Source: the human T2T-CHM13v2.0 reference genome, Homo sapiens. From it: 64,000 nt of DNA. Shown one piece after another: positions 37,300 to 55,944 of this stretch; the stretch's first letter is position 1; each line of letters starts with the position of its first letter. The DNA lies in assembly GCF_009914755.1 (NCBI RefSeq), contig NC_060938.1, one strand, 5' to 3'. The notes below the pieces were generated by a model. That model worked only from the letters and a program-made list of their open reading frames with translations. It ran no database searches and was not told where the DNA came from. Position numbers and translations under genes: made by a program.

Positions 37300-38140
37300 A
37301 GGAGGGCGGGGTGAGCGTCACAGGCTGGAGGGCTGCGCCAGGGCAGGCCCCGCAGGGGCGGCGGGCACAGCCTCGCCCTCGGGCCCGGCCTCCTCGCCGC
37401 GCGCGTAGGTGAGCACCACCGTGACGGTGGCGAAGGTGGCAGCGTTGACGGGGAAGGCGCGCAGCAGCGTGGACGCCAGCCCCCGTGTGAAGACGCGCCA
37501 GCCCTCGGCGCGGTAGCTCTGGTGCACGCAGTCCAGGATGCCGCGGTAGCGCGGGGCGCCCCGCAGTCCGTCCGCCTGCAGCCGCGACTTGACCACGTCC
37601 ACAGGATAGGTAGAGAGCCAGGACACGATGCCTGACGTACCGCCCGCCAACAGCAGCTTGGGCACCAGCAGGCGGTCGCCCGGCTCGCAGCCCAGCGCCC
37701 GCGTGAGAGCGTCATAGGTGAGGAAGTAGACGCCGAAGCTGGGCGTCTCACGCAGCAACGTGGACACCATGCCCCGGTTGACGCCACGCAGACCCTCGTG
37801 CCCGTAGATCTGCGCGAGGCAGTCCAGCGAGCCCTTGTAGGTGCGCGCTGGGCCCGCGTCCTGCAGCTGCAGCCGCGTCTTGGCCAGCTCCATGGGGCAG
37901 CAGATGACGCACTGGATGGCGCCCGCCGCCGCACCTGCCAGGAACTGGTTGAGGGGCGAGTCGTGGCCCAGGGCCCGGAGGGTGTTGCCCTGCACCCCGA
38001 ACACCAGCGCGTTGATGAAGGTGAGCCCCATGAGCGGCGAGCCCAGGCCCTTGTACAGGCCCAGCACCTGCGGGGACAGAGACGCCATCAGAGCCGGCAA
38101 CGCGCACCTCCCGGGCCCTCCACGCGGAAGGGGGTCGGGG
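37300..38140. promoter_or_regulatory. Intragenic CpG island over the SLC25A29 last exon
   Basis: CpG-rich coding exon compared with CpG-depleted flanks. Confidence 0.7.
37318..38067 (-). CDS. SLC25A29: SLC25A29 exon 4 (750 nt incl. stop); the spliced CDS encodes a 303-aa mitochondrial basic amino-acid carrier
   Basis: ccgcag| acceptor; carrier repeats 2 and 3 signatures PMELAK and PVDVVK; TGA at 37320-37318; 34+44+84+750 = 912 nt. Confidence 0.97.
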   Translation of the reverse strand: MLGLYKGLGSPLMGLTFINALVFGVQGNTLRALGHDSPLNQFLAGAAAGAIQCVICCPMELAKTRLQLQDAGPARTYKGSLDCLAQIYGHEGLRGVNRGMVSTLLRETPSFGVYFLTYDALTRALGCEPGDRLLVPKLLLAGGTSGIVSWLSTYPVDVVKSRLQADGLRGAPRYRGILDCVHQSYRAEGWRVFTRGLASTLLRAFPVNAATFATVTVVLTYARGEEAGPEGEAVPAAPAGPALAQPSSL

Positions 38141-38328
38141 GATGGCAGCCCCAGCCCACCCCAGGGGCTCCTGAGGACCAAGCAGAATTTCGTTAGAACC
38201 TAGGTCCTGACTGGCCTCCTGGTCGTCCTGACACCTTCCTTCCTGGCTCTCTGGTCTGGGGTGGTGGCAGCCCGGAAGCTAGTTCCCCATCCTGTGCCTC
38301 CCGAGCCCCACCAGCCCAGGCCACTCAC

Positions 38329-38412
38329 GCTCTCTTGCTTGATGATGGACTTGAAGCAGTGCAACGTCCCGCGGTACTGAGGCTTCTCCACGCTCTGGAC
38401 CTGAAGCCGTAC
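38329..38412 (-). CDS. SLC25A29: SLC25A29 exon 3 (84 nt; VRLQVQSVEKPQYRGTLHCFKSIIKQES)
   Basis: ttccag| acceptor and |gtgagt donor; in frame with exons 2 and 4. Confidence 0.97.
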
Positions 38413-38685
38413 CTGGAAGGAGAGGGTCCAGTGAGAGGCAGGCAGGCAGGACCAGAGCACCCAGCTCCCGGGTCTGGTGCTTAGGCTGCCTAGGAGGGTC
38501 TCCCAAGGAGGCCGGGCACTCAGGCACAGTCTAAGACTTTTGTAATTCCAGGGCAGGGTGGGCCGGGTATCTATGCCTTCTCAGGATGGGGTGCCAGTAG
38601 GCAAACAGCTAAAGGGACAGGCTGCTGGAGACAGGGTAGGGGGTCCCCAAGATCTCAGACCAGTTCAGGTTAAGCCTCTTGTTTA

Positions 38686-39165
<480 letters not shown>

Positions 39166-41190
39166 AGCAATGACCTTGGCTCCAGGAGCTCCTGCCTGGT
39201 CTCTGCCAGTAGCCTCTCGTGAGAACAGCAGTTATGAGTTAATAGAGTGGTGGCAAGAGAACAGCCAACAACCTCCTTGGGGACCCACGTCAGCAGCTCT
39301 GGGGCCTGGGGCGCTGGTCAGGCCCCGCTGCCTCCGAGCCCAGTGGCCCAGAACCTCTTCCATGTCAAAGTGCTCTTTGTTGCCTATGAGCTTATCTTTG
39401 CTCAATAGGAGGCTCAGAGTTGCAGAGCGGGCGGTGGGAGTAAACTAGGTCAAGTCACATTCTCAGGGGCTGGTTCCCTAGGTCTGACTCAGAAATGATC
39501 ATTCTTACAGCCAGGGCCACAGAGCAAGTGCCTTCGGTACTAGGCAGCATGGGACAGGGGAGGGCTTCACACTCAATTATCTCGGCATTGGGACAACTGC
39601 CCCCATTTCCAAGATGGGAAGACAGGCTCAGAGATGTTTAACAACTTGGCCAAAGCTGTCCTCTCCAGGGACATGAGCAGCTGTGTTGCTCAGAGTGAGG
39701 GTGGGAGGGAGTGCTAGCAAGGGAGAGCCCTCACCGGGAACAGCCAGGCTTCTGCCCGGATTCTGGAACCTTTTCCAATTCTCTCCACCAGAATAGGTGG
39801 GCCCTCTATTGGTGAATGCACTTATAAAAAATGTTTTGTTAGGAAACAAGTACCATCTCAGTACCCCCAGGACCTCAACAGCTGGAAGCCAATGCTTCAA
39901 GATTGGCCCGAAGCACCCTCCCACCCTGGAGGCCCAGTTCTTGGCCAACACCTTGATGCGAGGTTTGCTGCTCTCCCTTCAATGTTCTGGGGCCTCTGGG
40001 GGGATCTCTGTTCCTCCTGCAGCCCCAACACTGGCACTAAGAGGGCTGTGTGAGTAGAACTGATGTGACATGGAGCTGTCCCTTCCCAGGTTGGATACTC
40101 AGTGCCACCTGGGTAGTGTTGTGAAGTCTTTGCAGATCACAGACACTGGTGAATGCCCAAGTCCAGCCGGCTGGGGAATGTCAGGCTTAGGTCAACTCAG
40201 CTTCTCCCACCAATGTGGGCAGAGGCCTCTCCCCACTTTGTTTCTGACCCCTCAGTACCCCTCAGTCTGTGACGAGCCCTTGCTCTCTGGGAGAGGAACT
40301 GTGGCCCAGTGTCCCAAGTCTTGTCATTTATAGCTCAGGCTCTTAAAATCTTGGGGTGCCAGGCTCTCCTTTGAGGATTGATGGGAACGGACCCACCCCT
40401 GGGAAACTAGTCATTTGGACACAAGTTTAGGAAGCTCCCAGCTCCCCATAGGGCCGAGAGACCCCCACATGAGGACCCCCAATCCAGAGGGGGCTGATTT
40501 TTTTTGGCCAGCCCGAGCCCCCACCCCAGGACCTGTGCTGAGCCCAAGCTTGCCTCACACCCTCCCTGTCCCCTGCTACGGAGGGAACTCTGGGGTTGGG
40601 GAGATGGGCATGACAGGGTGGGGTCCAGGCTGGGATCTGGTTCACCTGGTCTGTACTTACTAGCGCTCTCCAGGGTGAGGCTTACGCCCATCTACAACAA
40701 AGTTACACTTTTGCTATGGATGGAGACAGCCCCTAGCTCAGAAAGTAAAGGCGGTTAAAGCAACACAAAATTTCAACATCACATCCAGGCGCGGAGCCCC
40801 CACAGCCAGCCCCCACCCACACTCCCCATCCCATGCCCAGGGATGGCCGGTCACCCCCTCATCATAGGTCAAGACAACTGCTCCCTGATTATTGCTGTGT
40901 CCAAGGAAGCAGGACAGAAAACTCCCTTCGTGTAGAAACGTGTGAAGGCCGTGTGCTTCAGGACGGTGGCTGTGGTTCTGGGCGCTATAGAGGAGATCCA
41001 GATCTTGGATTCTTTCAGTCCCAAGGGCCTGGGGGAATAAACTGTGACTGTCCCAGCCATGAGATAGTCTGTGGCCATGTGACAGTACGGACTGACACAG
41101 ACTCGGGTGGCCCCTGATGATCCTAGGGTACAGCTGCAATTATATTCAACCAGGCAAAAGGGACCCGTGGTGTTGGAAGTGAGGACAGTG

Positions 41191-42150
<960 letters not shown>

Positions 42151-43876
42151 AAGTTCAGCTTTTTAAGGTAGGTATGTCCAGATGTGATGCTGCTGGAGCG
42201 ACAGAGTGGCAAAAACAAAAACAAAACAAAACAAAAGGATCACATATAGATCTTCTCAAAGACCACCCTCCAGACGCCAGTGAAGTAGGGTCTGGGGAGT
42301 AAAATCTCATGGGCTGGAGAAACTCCTGTCCCTGAGTCACTTCAGGGGTGCTGCTCGCGGGCTCAGTGGCTCAGGACAGCAGAGCACCAGAACGAAAGTG
42401 CTCCCAGGCCTGCCAGGGGCTGCCTGAGGGGGCCGGGCAGAAGCCCAGCAGGTCTGGCCAATTCATAGCTCAGAGAGCCCAGGCCTCCACGGAGCTGGAA
42501 AGAGGAAGTGAATGTGAAGCACTTCTTGGCTGCGAGAGGCGTTCACAACACATGACCACGAGACATAAACACAGTGCAACGTGGACACTGCCAGGCTGTC
42601 CTGGGCTGCTCTGGCCTGGGGGAGGCTTCACGGGTGGCCTGGCTAGGCAGCTCGTGGGCATGGCTGGGGCCGGGGGCTGTGTGGGCAGGCTCTGCACGGC
42701 CTCACTCTCGGCAGGCCGGTGCAGCAAACGTGGGGCCGCTGCCTGCCAAGAAAGCCTGGCCCTTCAGCCTCCTCCCCAAATTGGCCTACAGTGGATAGAA
42801 GAGTTGTGGTTTTCAGAGCTAGCATTTAATCCAACATAAATTATGCTGTTGAGCACTGGCACGATGACAACGTTTGAGCCCAAAGATACAGGGACCTGCC
42901 CAAGGTCATGCAGAAAACCGGCTGGCAGAGGGGCCCGGACCTGCACAAGGCCCAGGGACAGAGCTTTTTAAGGTCACAGCCAATGCAAAGGCCAGACCCT
43001 CACTCTTGTGCTGGATGCAATCCACCCCTTATGGTAAGTCACTGTCTCTGCCAACACACACCTAGGCTCACCAGAAAAGGAGACCGGAAGTCTCCCGCAA
43101 ACCCAGCTCAGGGTGCGCATCCTGCCTTGCCGTCAGCTGTGCCTTTGCTCAGTGGGAAGAGCGGCCACGTGTAGCGCTGCCAGCAAGCACAAGGCTGGTC
43201 TGGTGCCTGCCACTCACAGCTTGCCCTGGGGCCAAGGAAAAAGAGCGAGGAAGGGCCCTGCTGGGCTACTTTCAGAACACACAGCCCAACCACAAGCGGA
43301 GGGTGGGGGGTTTATTGGGGAATTTCCAGCTGGAGGACATAGATTTCCTTGGTTTCCGTTCTGGGGGTCTGAGAACCTGGAACTCCGGTTCATGGAGGTG
43401 TGGGGTGTTATCAAGGAACCGGCTAACAGGGCCCTTCCTCAGGCCTCTGGCACGTGGGAAACCATCACTGGATTCTCTGTAAGGATGATCACCACTCCGT
43501 GAAGATCATGTTCATGGGAGATATGAGTTTTGGTTTCTTTTGTATTTTCTCTCTGAACTTTTCTTTCTTTCAAGGAACTGTTTGGGAGAGTTCTGCATGG
43601 GAACATGTGGGTGCCCTTGCTCTGGGTGGGAGAAAACCTCAGCACCTCGGTTCCAGCTGGCCAAGCCCAGGATGGACTTGGCCATGAACCCAGCATGTGG
43701 ATCAGCCCCAGCTGGGAGATGCCAGGACAAAGCAGTGAGGAAGGTTCAACCCGGCCTGGTGTAAAAGCAGCTGCCCACCTGGGGCTGTACACGGAAACAG
43801 GCTTCCAGCCACCCCAACCCTGTGAGCCTCTCTCCAATGTACGCGCCGAGGAAAAAAAAGCAGCGATGAGACTCAC

Positions 43877-43920
43877 CTTGACCGTGTCAAACGGGTGTCC
43901 CACAAGCACGCCTGCCACAC
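43877..43920 (-). CDS. SLC25A29: SLC25A29 exon 2 (44 nt; GVAGVLVGHPFDTVK)
   Basis: cag| acceptor and |gtgagt donor; carries the start of the mitochondrial-carrier signature Px[DE]xx[KR]. Confidence 0.97.
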
Positions 43921-44992
43921 CTGGAGGAGGAGAGGGGGACTTGTGACCCACATACCTCAGAAACACAGTGCAGGGTGCTGGGCAGGAGGGGGTTCTGACA
44001 AGGAAGACTGGCAGGAGCTGCTGCCGGGGAAAGGACATTGACCAAGCACCTGTGGGTGCAGCAGGCAGATCCCATGAGCCCCTGGAATCCTCACGTCCAC
44101 TGGGAGGGTATGCATGTGACATCCCAAGGCCAAGCCAGCACCTGTCCCACTCAGCACTGGTGTCCCATCTGCAGGCTGCTGCTCTCCGCGGCTGACTGGT
44201 CTGGGTGGCTGACAGCAGAAGTTGTCCCCTGGGAGGCTGCACACACTATTTCTGGGATATCCCATTAATCCAAACACCTGACATGGGCAGGAGGCTCCAG
44301 AGATGTTGGACTTTGGGGTCAGACCCTCCCCAGATTTGAATTTTCCCCCTGCCGCTCATCAGCCTGGCGTGCTCACAAATGACTCTGTCTCTGGGCCTCA
44401 CTCTGGGCCTTACCTGTAAAGGTTTACCTCCCTCCCCCAGAGTGGCCACGGAGACTGAACAGGGTAATGGCCCCTTGGGAGTGACGACCCCAGGTCCTGA
44501 TGCACTGGCTGATACCTCCATCCCCTTCCCTCAGTGGGAGCCACCTTGAGCCCAGGGAGACAGCTTGTGACTGTGCGGTCATCCTTGGTTCTTCAGGTCC
44601 TGCCAAAAATCCAGCCCCTCTTGAAGGACAAAGGTTCACCCCTCCAAAATGGCTCACAAACACTTCTCCAGAGTCCTAAATGCTGTGCAGGTGGTAACCA
44701 TCTCTGAGTCTTGCCACCACTGTGAGTAAGCAGCCTCATTACCCATTTCACAGGAGAAACAGGCTCAGTGAGGTCAGGTAACTGACTCTGACTCCCATGC
44801 TCCTCTCCCTGGAGTTTCACGTGGACATCTGTTCAAGCTCTCCCTTTACTGCCAGTAGCGTTTATGTATAATTAAAACAGCTGGCATCTGCTGAGTAACA
44901 AACTAACATTACGACCCATTCTCACTCTTCCACTTGATGCCTGTGGAAGTTACTATGCATCTCCACAAATTGAACTTTGTATCTTTACCTAA

Positions 44993-47690
<2,698 letters not shown>

Positions 47691-50379
47691 AAATCTATTT
47701 CTTAATCTGGTTGGGGAACAGTATGAATGCTCTGGTTGAGAATCCTGGGCCCAGGCCAGCCTTGGTCCTCTGGCTTTCAGTGCTGCAGATGAGAAATCTG
47801 CTGCCAATGTTTTTTTTTTTTTTCTCCTTTGTCAATGGTTTATTTATTCTGTGGGAGGTTGCTGAGATTTTATCTGTGGATTTCAAGAATGTCACCAGGA
47901 GATGCCAAGGGTGTGTCTTTTTCTTTAAAGTAACCCTGCCTGGAGCTCTACCAACACTTTCACTGTGCAGACTCATGCCCTCTTCTGATCAGGGAAAATT
48001 TCCACTATTATTTATTCATCATATTAATCATCTCCAGACCTGTTCCTTCTTCTTCCAGAGCCTCTAACATTCACAGGTGAATGAAGAAGCAACCACCAAG
48101 CCTATCTTTTCTTTCATGACTTCCATTTGGGTTTCTGATTTTCTGGGAGGCCTTTGCATCCTGGAAACAGGAAATCCATCCTCTTTTCCACTTCAGCTTT
48201 TTAATTTTCTAAAGCTGAAAATCCTCGTTCTAGAACCTCTTTTCTTGGGAAGTATCTGGATTTCCCTCGGTTTTGGAAACTGAACACTTGCCCAGGATGT
48301 GCCACTGGACTTTACTTCTCCCTCCAGCAGGGGGCCCCTCGAGGCCCCTCCATGTCCCTTGAAGCTAGGTCCAGCTGTGGGGTCCCCTTCCTGTGGGTGC
48401 ATGGTCACGCCTCTGGCCCCAGACCTGCCCAGGTGACAGCAACAGCAGCAAGGCGTGGGAGGGAGAGAGCAGAAAGACCCTTACGCCACTTGCCTCTGTT
48501 GGGAGGCCCCACTCCCACAAGGCCCCACTCAAGTCTCCCAGGAGAGGCACTGGTTCCCACTTTCTCTTCTGACTTGTTTCAGCACCCTTCGGCGAGGGGC
48601 TTGGTCTCCTTCACCCAGAAGAACCCATCCTCAGGAACAGTGTGGGCTGTGGGGCCGGCCTCCATTGGAGGAGCCTCCTCACCACCTTTCTGAGCGCACG
48701 AGGAGGCCTCCAGTCACACCAGCAGAAGCGGAACCCTGTCTCCCAACTCCAAAGCCTACTGTCTACTGTCCTCCCTAAGCTGGGCTCCGGAGGCAATCCC
48801 CAACCAGTAGTCCTCAGGGCTGGGCGGGGTGGGGAGGAACCACTGTCCTGGGGATGGCTGGTAGCAGAGGTAGTGGAAGAGGCACCCTTCCCTCTTGGGG
48901 TTACCTCTCCTCCCGGGTTCTCCCACCCCTAGCTGAGCTTTTCTCTCTGCGCCTGCTTCTGTCCATCCAGAGCCCAGTGTCTATGTGGCCTCAAGATTTG
49001 GGTTGATCCCCCAGTAGGGGAGAGGGGGAGGCATTCCAAACCTTCCACCATGCAAGGCCTCAAGGATGCTGTCAGTCAAGATGCTGGCCCCGCCTCCCTG
49101 AGAAGTTAAAACACGTGACCCACACTAGGCGAATAGTAGGGGGTGGACAGTCCCCCTCCCCAGCCACCAAGGAGAAGCACTGGCATTATCTGCCCTGAGC
49201 CTGTAGGTTGGGGGCACCCCAAGAAGGAGCCAGGCAGGGGCTGCTGGGGTACGGGTCCCAAGGTGGGGTGCCTCTGGGCAGGCTGTCAGTGTGACCCCAG
49301 CTGTGCCAGGGACCTGGAGCCTGGGACACAGTCAGTTCACTGTCCTGAGGGGCCACCCCAGCACCCTGGAGTAAGGGGGAGAGGAGAGGACTGCAGGCTC
49401 ACCCTGGCCATCAGAGGAGCATGTGGTGTGACTTTGCTTTAGTACCCCCACCTCTCTGGGCCTAGGTTTCTCCGATGAGACCAGGAGTGAGCCCCCAGGT
49501 GACTTCTGTCCTTGTCCACCTGGGAGGCTCAGGCTTACGCTTGTAGAGCCTTAGCTGGGTGGCCATTATGTGCCTGGGGGTTGCACGAAAAGCAGGGCCT
49601 GGGGGCAGGGGGGTGGCCTGTGCCCCAGTGCTACAGCACCAGACAGTGCCAGTCCTTGACCCACAAACCTGGGGCAGGGGGCATGGATATGATCTCTCCC
49701 AGGTGGGCCTATGAGGATGGGCAGCGAAGGACATTCCAGGCAAGGAGGCTGCGCGAGCGACGTGCAGAGGAGACCACAGATGTGCCGGGAGGCGCCAAGC
49801 AGGCCTGCTTTCAGGTGAAGTGTTCCTGCCCCAAACCCCGGTGTTTCCAGGAGGGCAGCACGGACGGTAGCGCCACTGCAGAAGGAACTCTGCCCATCCG
49901 GGGAAAGAATCCCCACTCCCCAAAGCCTGGAAGGAGGTGTTGGCCTGGGGACAGCCCTTCACCCCCACCCGCTGGAGCTGATAGTGGGTGGGGAGCAAGG
50001 GTGGAGCAAACAGCGAGATCAGAAGCGGGAGGGGAAGGTGAGAATGGAATCCGCAGAGGACACGCCCCCTCTGTCTCCAGGGCACCCAGCGATTAGCAGC
50101 AAATTCTGGGCTTTGTGCCCCGCAGCTTCCCACTGGGTAACCGACCGGGAAGTTCTAACTCCCCTCAGCGCACAACACCTCCCCAACACACTCCCTTTTC
50201 AACGAGTCTCTCCCCCAAGAAGCAGGCTCCGACGCCACAGATTTAATACTTAAGGCCACCGCTACCCATTCTTCCGCCAGGGCTCTCAGCGCTGGCCGGG
50301 AGCTGAGGGTTTATTCGAGCCAAATCCAAGTAGATGAAGAGGCGGTGAACAAGGGCAGGTGCTGGGAGAAAAGTGGGAC

Positions 50380-52450
50380 CAAACAGGGATAAGCGGCCGG
50401 CCCTCTCAGCAACTCCCGCCGCCAACCACCCTCCCCCGCCCCCGACATCTAAATCCTGGTGAATAAATTAACCCTCAAGGTAAAAGCAGAGAAGCCAGAG
50501 GCCCAACAGGGAAGTGCCGTGCCCGACGCCCACGGTCGGGGCATGGGAGAGCCTGGACTGCACGCCCGCCCGGGCCCTCCCGGGGACAACTGCATGGGAG
50601 GAACCCCAGAGCCGCGACCGCGCCTCGGAGAAGGTGCCCCACACCGGCTCGCCCGACCCACCCACCACCCCGCTTCCGCCCCCAACAGCTCACAAAACCG
50701 CGTAGGAAGGGGCGGCGTTCCAAGGCGTGACTCGGCGCCAGAGTGGTTCAGTGCCCTCCAAGGCCAGCCGAGTAGGGGGTCGGCTCCGTAGCCCCAACCC
50801 CGCTGGATGGCTGCGCGGGACGGGGTGGAGTCAGTCCCGAAATATACGGCCGGGGGAGGGGACCCTGCTCCCAGTGCGCAACGGATGGGGATGGGGGAGG
50901 GGAAGGAGATGAGCCCGGGACCTCGGCGCGGGGGGCAGTGGGGCATCCTCCCGGCAGTCCTGGCCTCCGCTCAGCCACGGTGCTGCCCCGGCGCCCCAGA
51001 CCTCCCGTCCGAGCGTGCCCAGAGAGAATAAAGACACCTGCCCTCGCGGACAGCCCGGGCCTGAAGTCAATTTACGCCCACGAGACCCGCCCGAGGCAAG
51101 AGAACTGTGGTCCCCATTCACAGACGCGGCGACCCCCGCCAGCGGGAAGCCGCGAGGCCAGGGCGTGCTGGTGGGCCGACCTCCCTCCCCGGACGCCTCG
51201 CCCCGGCCCGGCCCGGCCCGCCGCCTCCTTACCCCCCGCGCATCCAGCCAAGAAGTCCAGCGCCATGGCCGGGTCCCCGGCGAGGCCGCCTTTCCTCCTC
51301 GTCCTCCCCCTGAGGCCCCTCGCCGGGCTGGGCGCCGTCGGGGTCCCCGAGCGCGCGGTGCCGGGGCTCGGCCTGGCCGCTCCTCCTGGCGCGGAGCCCG
51401 GGCAGGCGCGGTCAGGGATGGTGGGGATGGCGGCAGCAGCTAGACCCGCGCTGGTCCCTCGGCGGCAGCTGACTCGCTGGATCCCCTCCGGCCCGCGGTC
51501 CCTCACCTCGGGCCGCGCGCCCCGCCCCTCGTGCCTGCCGGCAGGGCCCGGGTGGGGGCGCCGAGTGAGGCCAATGGGCGGGCACGGCGCGGACAACACC
51601 CCGGGCACTGCGCTTCGCCGCCGCGCCTCATTGGCCGGGCGTGCGCGGGAGGCGGGGCGCGGGGGACGTGGTGGGCGCGCGGGCGGGGCGCGGGGACGCC
51701 TCAGACAAAGAGCGCGCTGGGTGCGCAGGTCCGGCGGGAGGGGACGCGCGGGGTGGCGGGGTTGAGCCGAGGACTCCCCCACCCGGAGTACGCGGGGTGG
51801 CTCTGGTCTGGACCGGGTCGGGAACCGGACCCTGGGTTCGGAGTCCGGCGCCGCCGCAGAACCTCAGCGCCCTAGTCTGTGCCGTGCGGACCCTGCCGCG
51901 AAAACGGCCGTGGAGCGCCGGGACGTTCCGAGGCCCGCAGACTGGGACGCCGCTAGTTGCGAAACTCCGCGAGCGGGAATCGCCCGTGGGGAGCCTCTGC
52001 CCGTCCCGCCTGCGCGCCCGCGGCGGCGGTGGCCTCCGGGGCTTCCGGACTCCTGGCCGAACCCGCCGGGTTCTGGGGGTCGGACGCGCACGGGCGCTTC
52101 CTGCGGAGCCTGAGGCTGGGATTTGGGCGGAGAGCAGGGAACCTTAAAAGGGAAAGGGGCCATGGGCAAAGGGCGCAGCAGGCCTTCGGGCCACAGCTCC
52201 TTCCCGAGGACTGCGGGTCGCGGGAGCCGCGGAAGGTTGTGGAGAGAGGGAGGTTCCTGGACTGGGCTGCAGAGTGGAGTCGGGCCAGATCGCAGCGCCT
52301 CCGTCAGCGGCGGCCGGACGGGGCGAGACCGGAGGGGCTCGGTAGGGGCCGCGCTCAGGCGCTGAAGTCGGAGGGTGCTTGGCTCTGGGTCACCAGGGTA
52401 TCCATGGGCTGCGGGGATGAATGAGAGCCGAGTCTGACTCGGCCCCCCAG
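50380..52450. promoter_or_regulatory. CpG-island promoter of SLC25A29 (probably bidirectional with MIR345); CCAAT boxes at 51571 (+) and 51630 (-), GC boxes ~51650-51690
   Basis: Very high GC and CpG density around exon 1; GGGCGGGG motifs; no TATA box seen. Confidence 0.9.
51233..51266 (-). CDS. SLC25A29: SLC25A29 coding exon 1 (34 nt; MALDFLAGCAG)
   Basis: Kozak ggccATGg on the - strand at 51266; donor |gtaagg (ccttac at 51227-51232). Confidence 0.97.
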
Positions 52451-52892
52451 GAGTCCCTGACATTCGCAGTGGCAAGGGACTGCCCTGGTCCCTGTGGAGC
52501 GTCCCATTCGGTGACTTCCCACCAGCCCTTCCCCAGCGCCTCTGGAGGTCCAGACTGTCAGGTTGGAGCCTGGGAGCAGGGACGGGCCAGGCGCTTTCTC
52601 TTCGCTGTAGGAGTCAGATCAGCCTTAGGCCGGGCCCAGCTTCCTTCTTTAGGGCCTGCAGGCAGGCAAGGCCACACCGTGTGCCACGTTTCCAGGTTTA
52701 GGGTCACATGGTTCTTTTATCCAAATTCCAGTGGGTACCTACCTCCTGGAGGTGCAGGTCGAAAGGTTCTGTGTATTTGGTACTAGGACACACAGGTAGG
52801 TGTTGTCAGTAGTGCAGCCTGGTGCTAGGGGCAGGGGTCCCCAGTGCTCATGTTAGTTTCCTTTTAGAGTCTAAGTAGAATGTTAAGCAGAG

Positions 52893-52990
52893 ACCCAAAC
52901 CCTAGGTCTGCTGACTCCTAGTCCAGGGCTCGTGATGGCTGGTGGGCCCTGAACGAGGGGTCTGGAGGCCTGGGTTTGAATATCGACAGC
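52893..52990 (+). ncRNA. MIR345: pre-miR-345 (5p 52910-52931 GCTGACTCCTAGTCCAGGGCTC; 3p 52946-52967 GCCCTGAACGAGGGGTCTGGAG)
   Basis: 98-nt sequence recognised as hsa-mir-345; arms are complementary (e.g. tccagggctc / gggccctgaa). Confidence 0.93.
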
Positions 52991-53431
52991 CTCTCTGACC
53001 CACTTGGTTGCCTCAGGGAGGCAGGTGTGCGGATGGGGGAGAGTGGCCCATGGGCCAGAAAAGCAGTGGTATGGGGGCCCCAAGAGAAGCCCAGACCCAA
53101 AAGGGCAGGAGCTGGCTGTGGGGCTACTCAGGTGGCTGGAGGCCTCCTGCAGACACAGTGATTACACTGGACTACCTACATGTAGTCACTTACCTTAGGA
53201 ACAGGATGTCCTTGGGATGCTGGAGGGCTCATGAGGTAAAGCACAAATCCCTGCACATCCATTCCTGGTTGAGGAGGTTTGGGAGGGAAATCCAGTACCT
53301 TGACAGCATGTGGCAGTAGTGAGAAAATGATGGAAACGGATAAGGAGACAAGCATGACCTGTTTTGCTTTGTTATTGAGAGAATGCACATGCCTTGAAAA
53401 TTATGCTTGGGGCAGGTTGCACTGAGCTGTC

Positions 53432-55296
<1,865 letters not shown>

Positions 55297-55416
55297 GATT
55301 ACAGGCACCCGACACCATGCCTGGCCAATTTTCTGTATTTTTAGTAGAGATGGGGTTTTGCCATGTTGGAAGCTTCTGCCTGGCCTGGCGTCGTTACCTC
55401 TAGAACTTGGGTTCTG

Positions 55417-55890
<474 letters not shown>

Positions 55891-55944
55891 GGATTTGGGT
55901 TCCTGCTCAATGCTTACCTCTTCAGAAGGGGCTTGGCTGACCTG

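Noticed and set aside
51571-51589. ER-stress element (ERSE)
   Set aside because: The second half is CGGCG, not CCACG.
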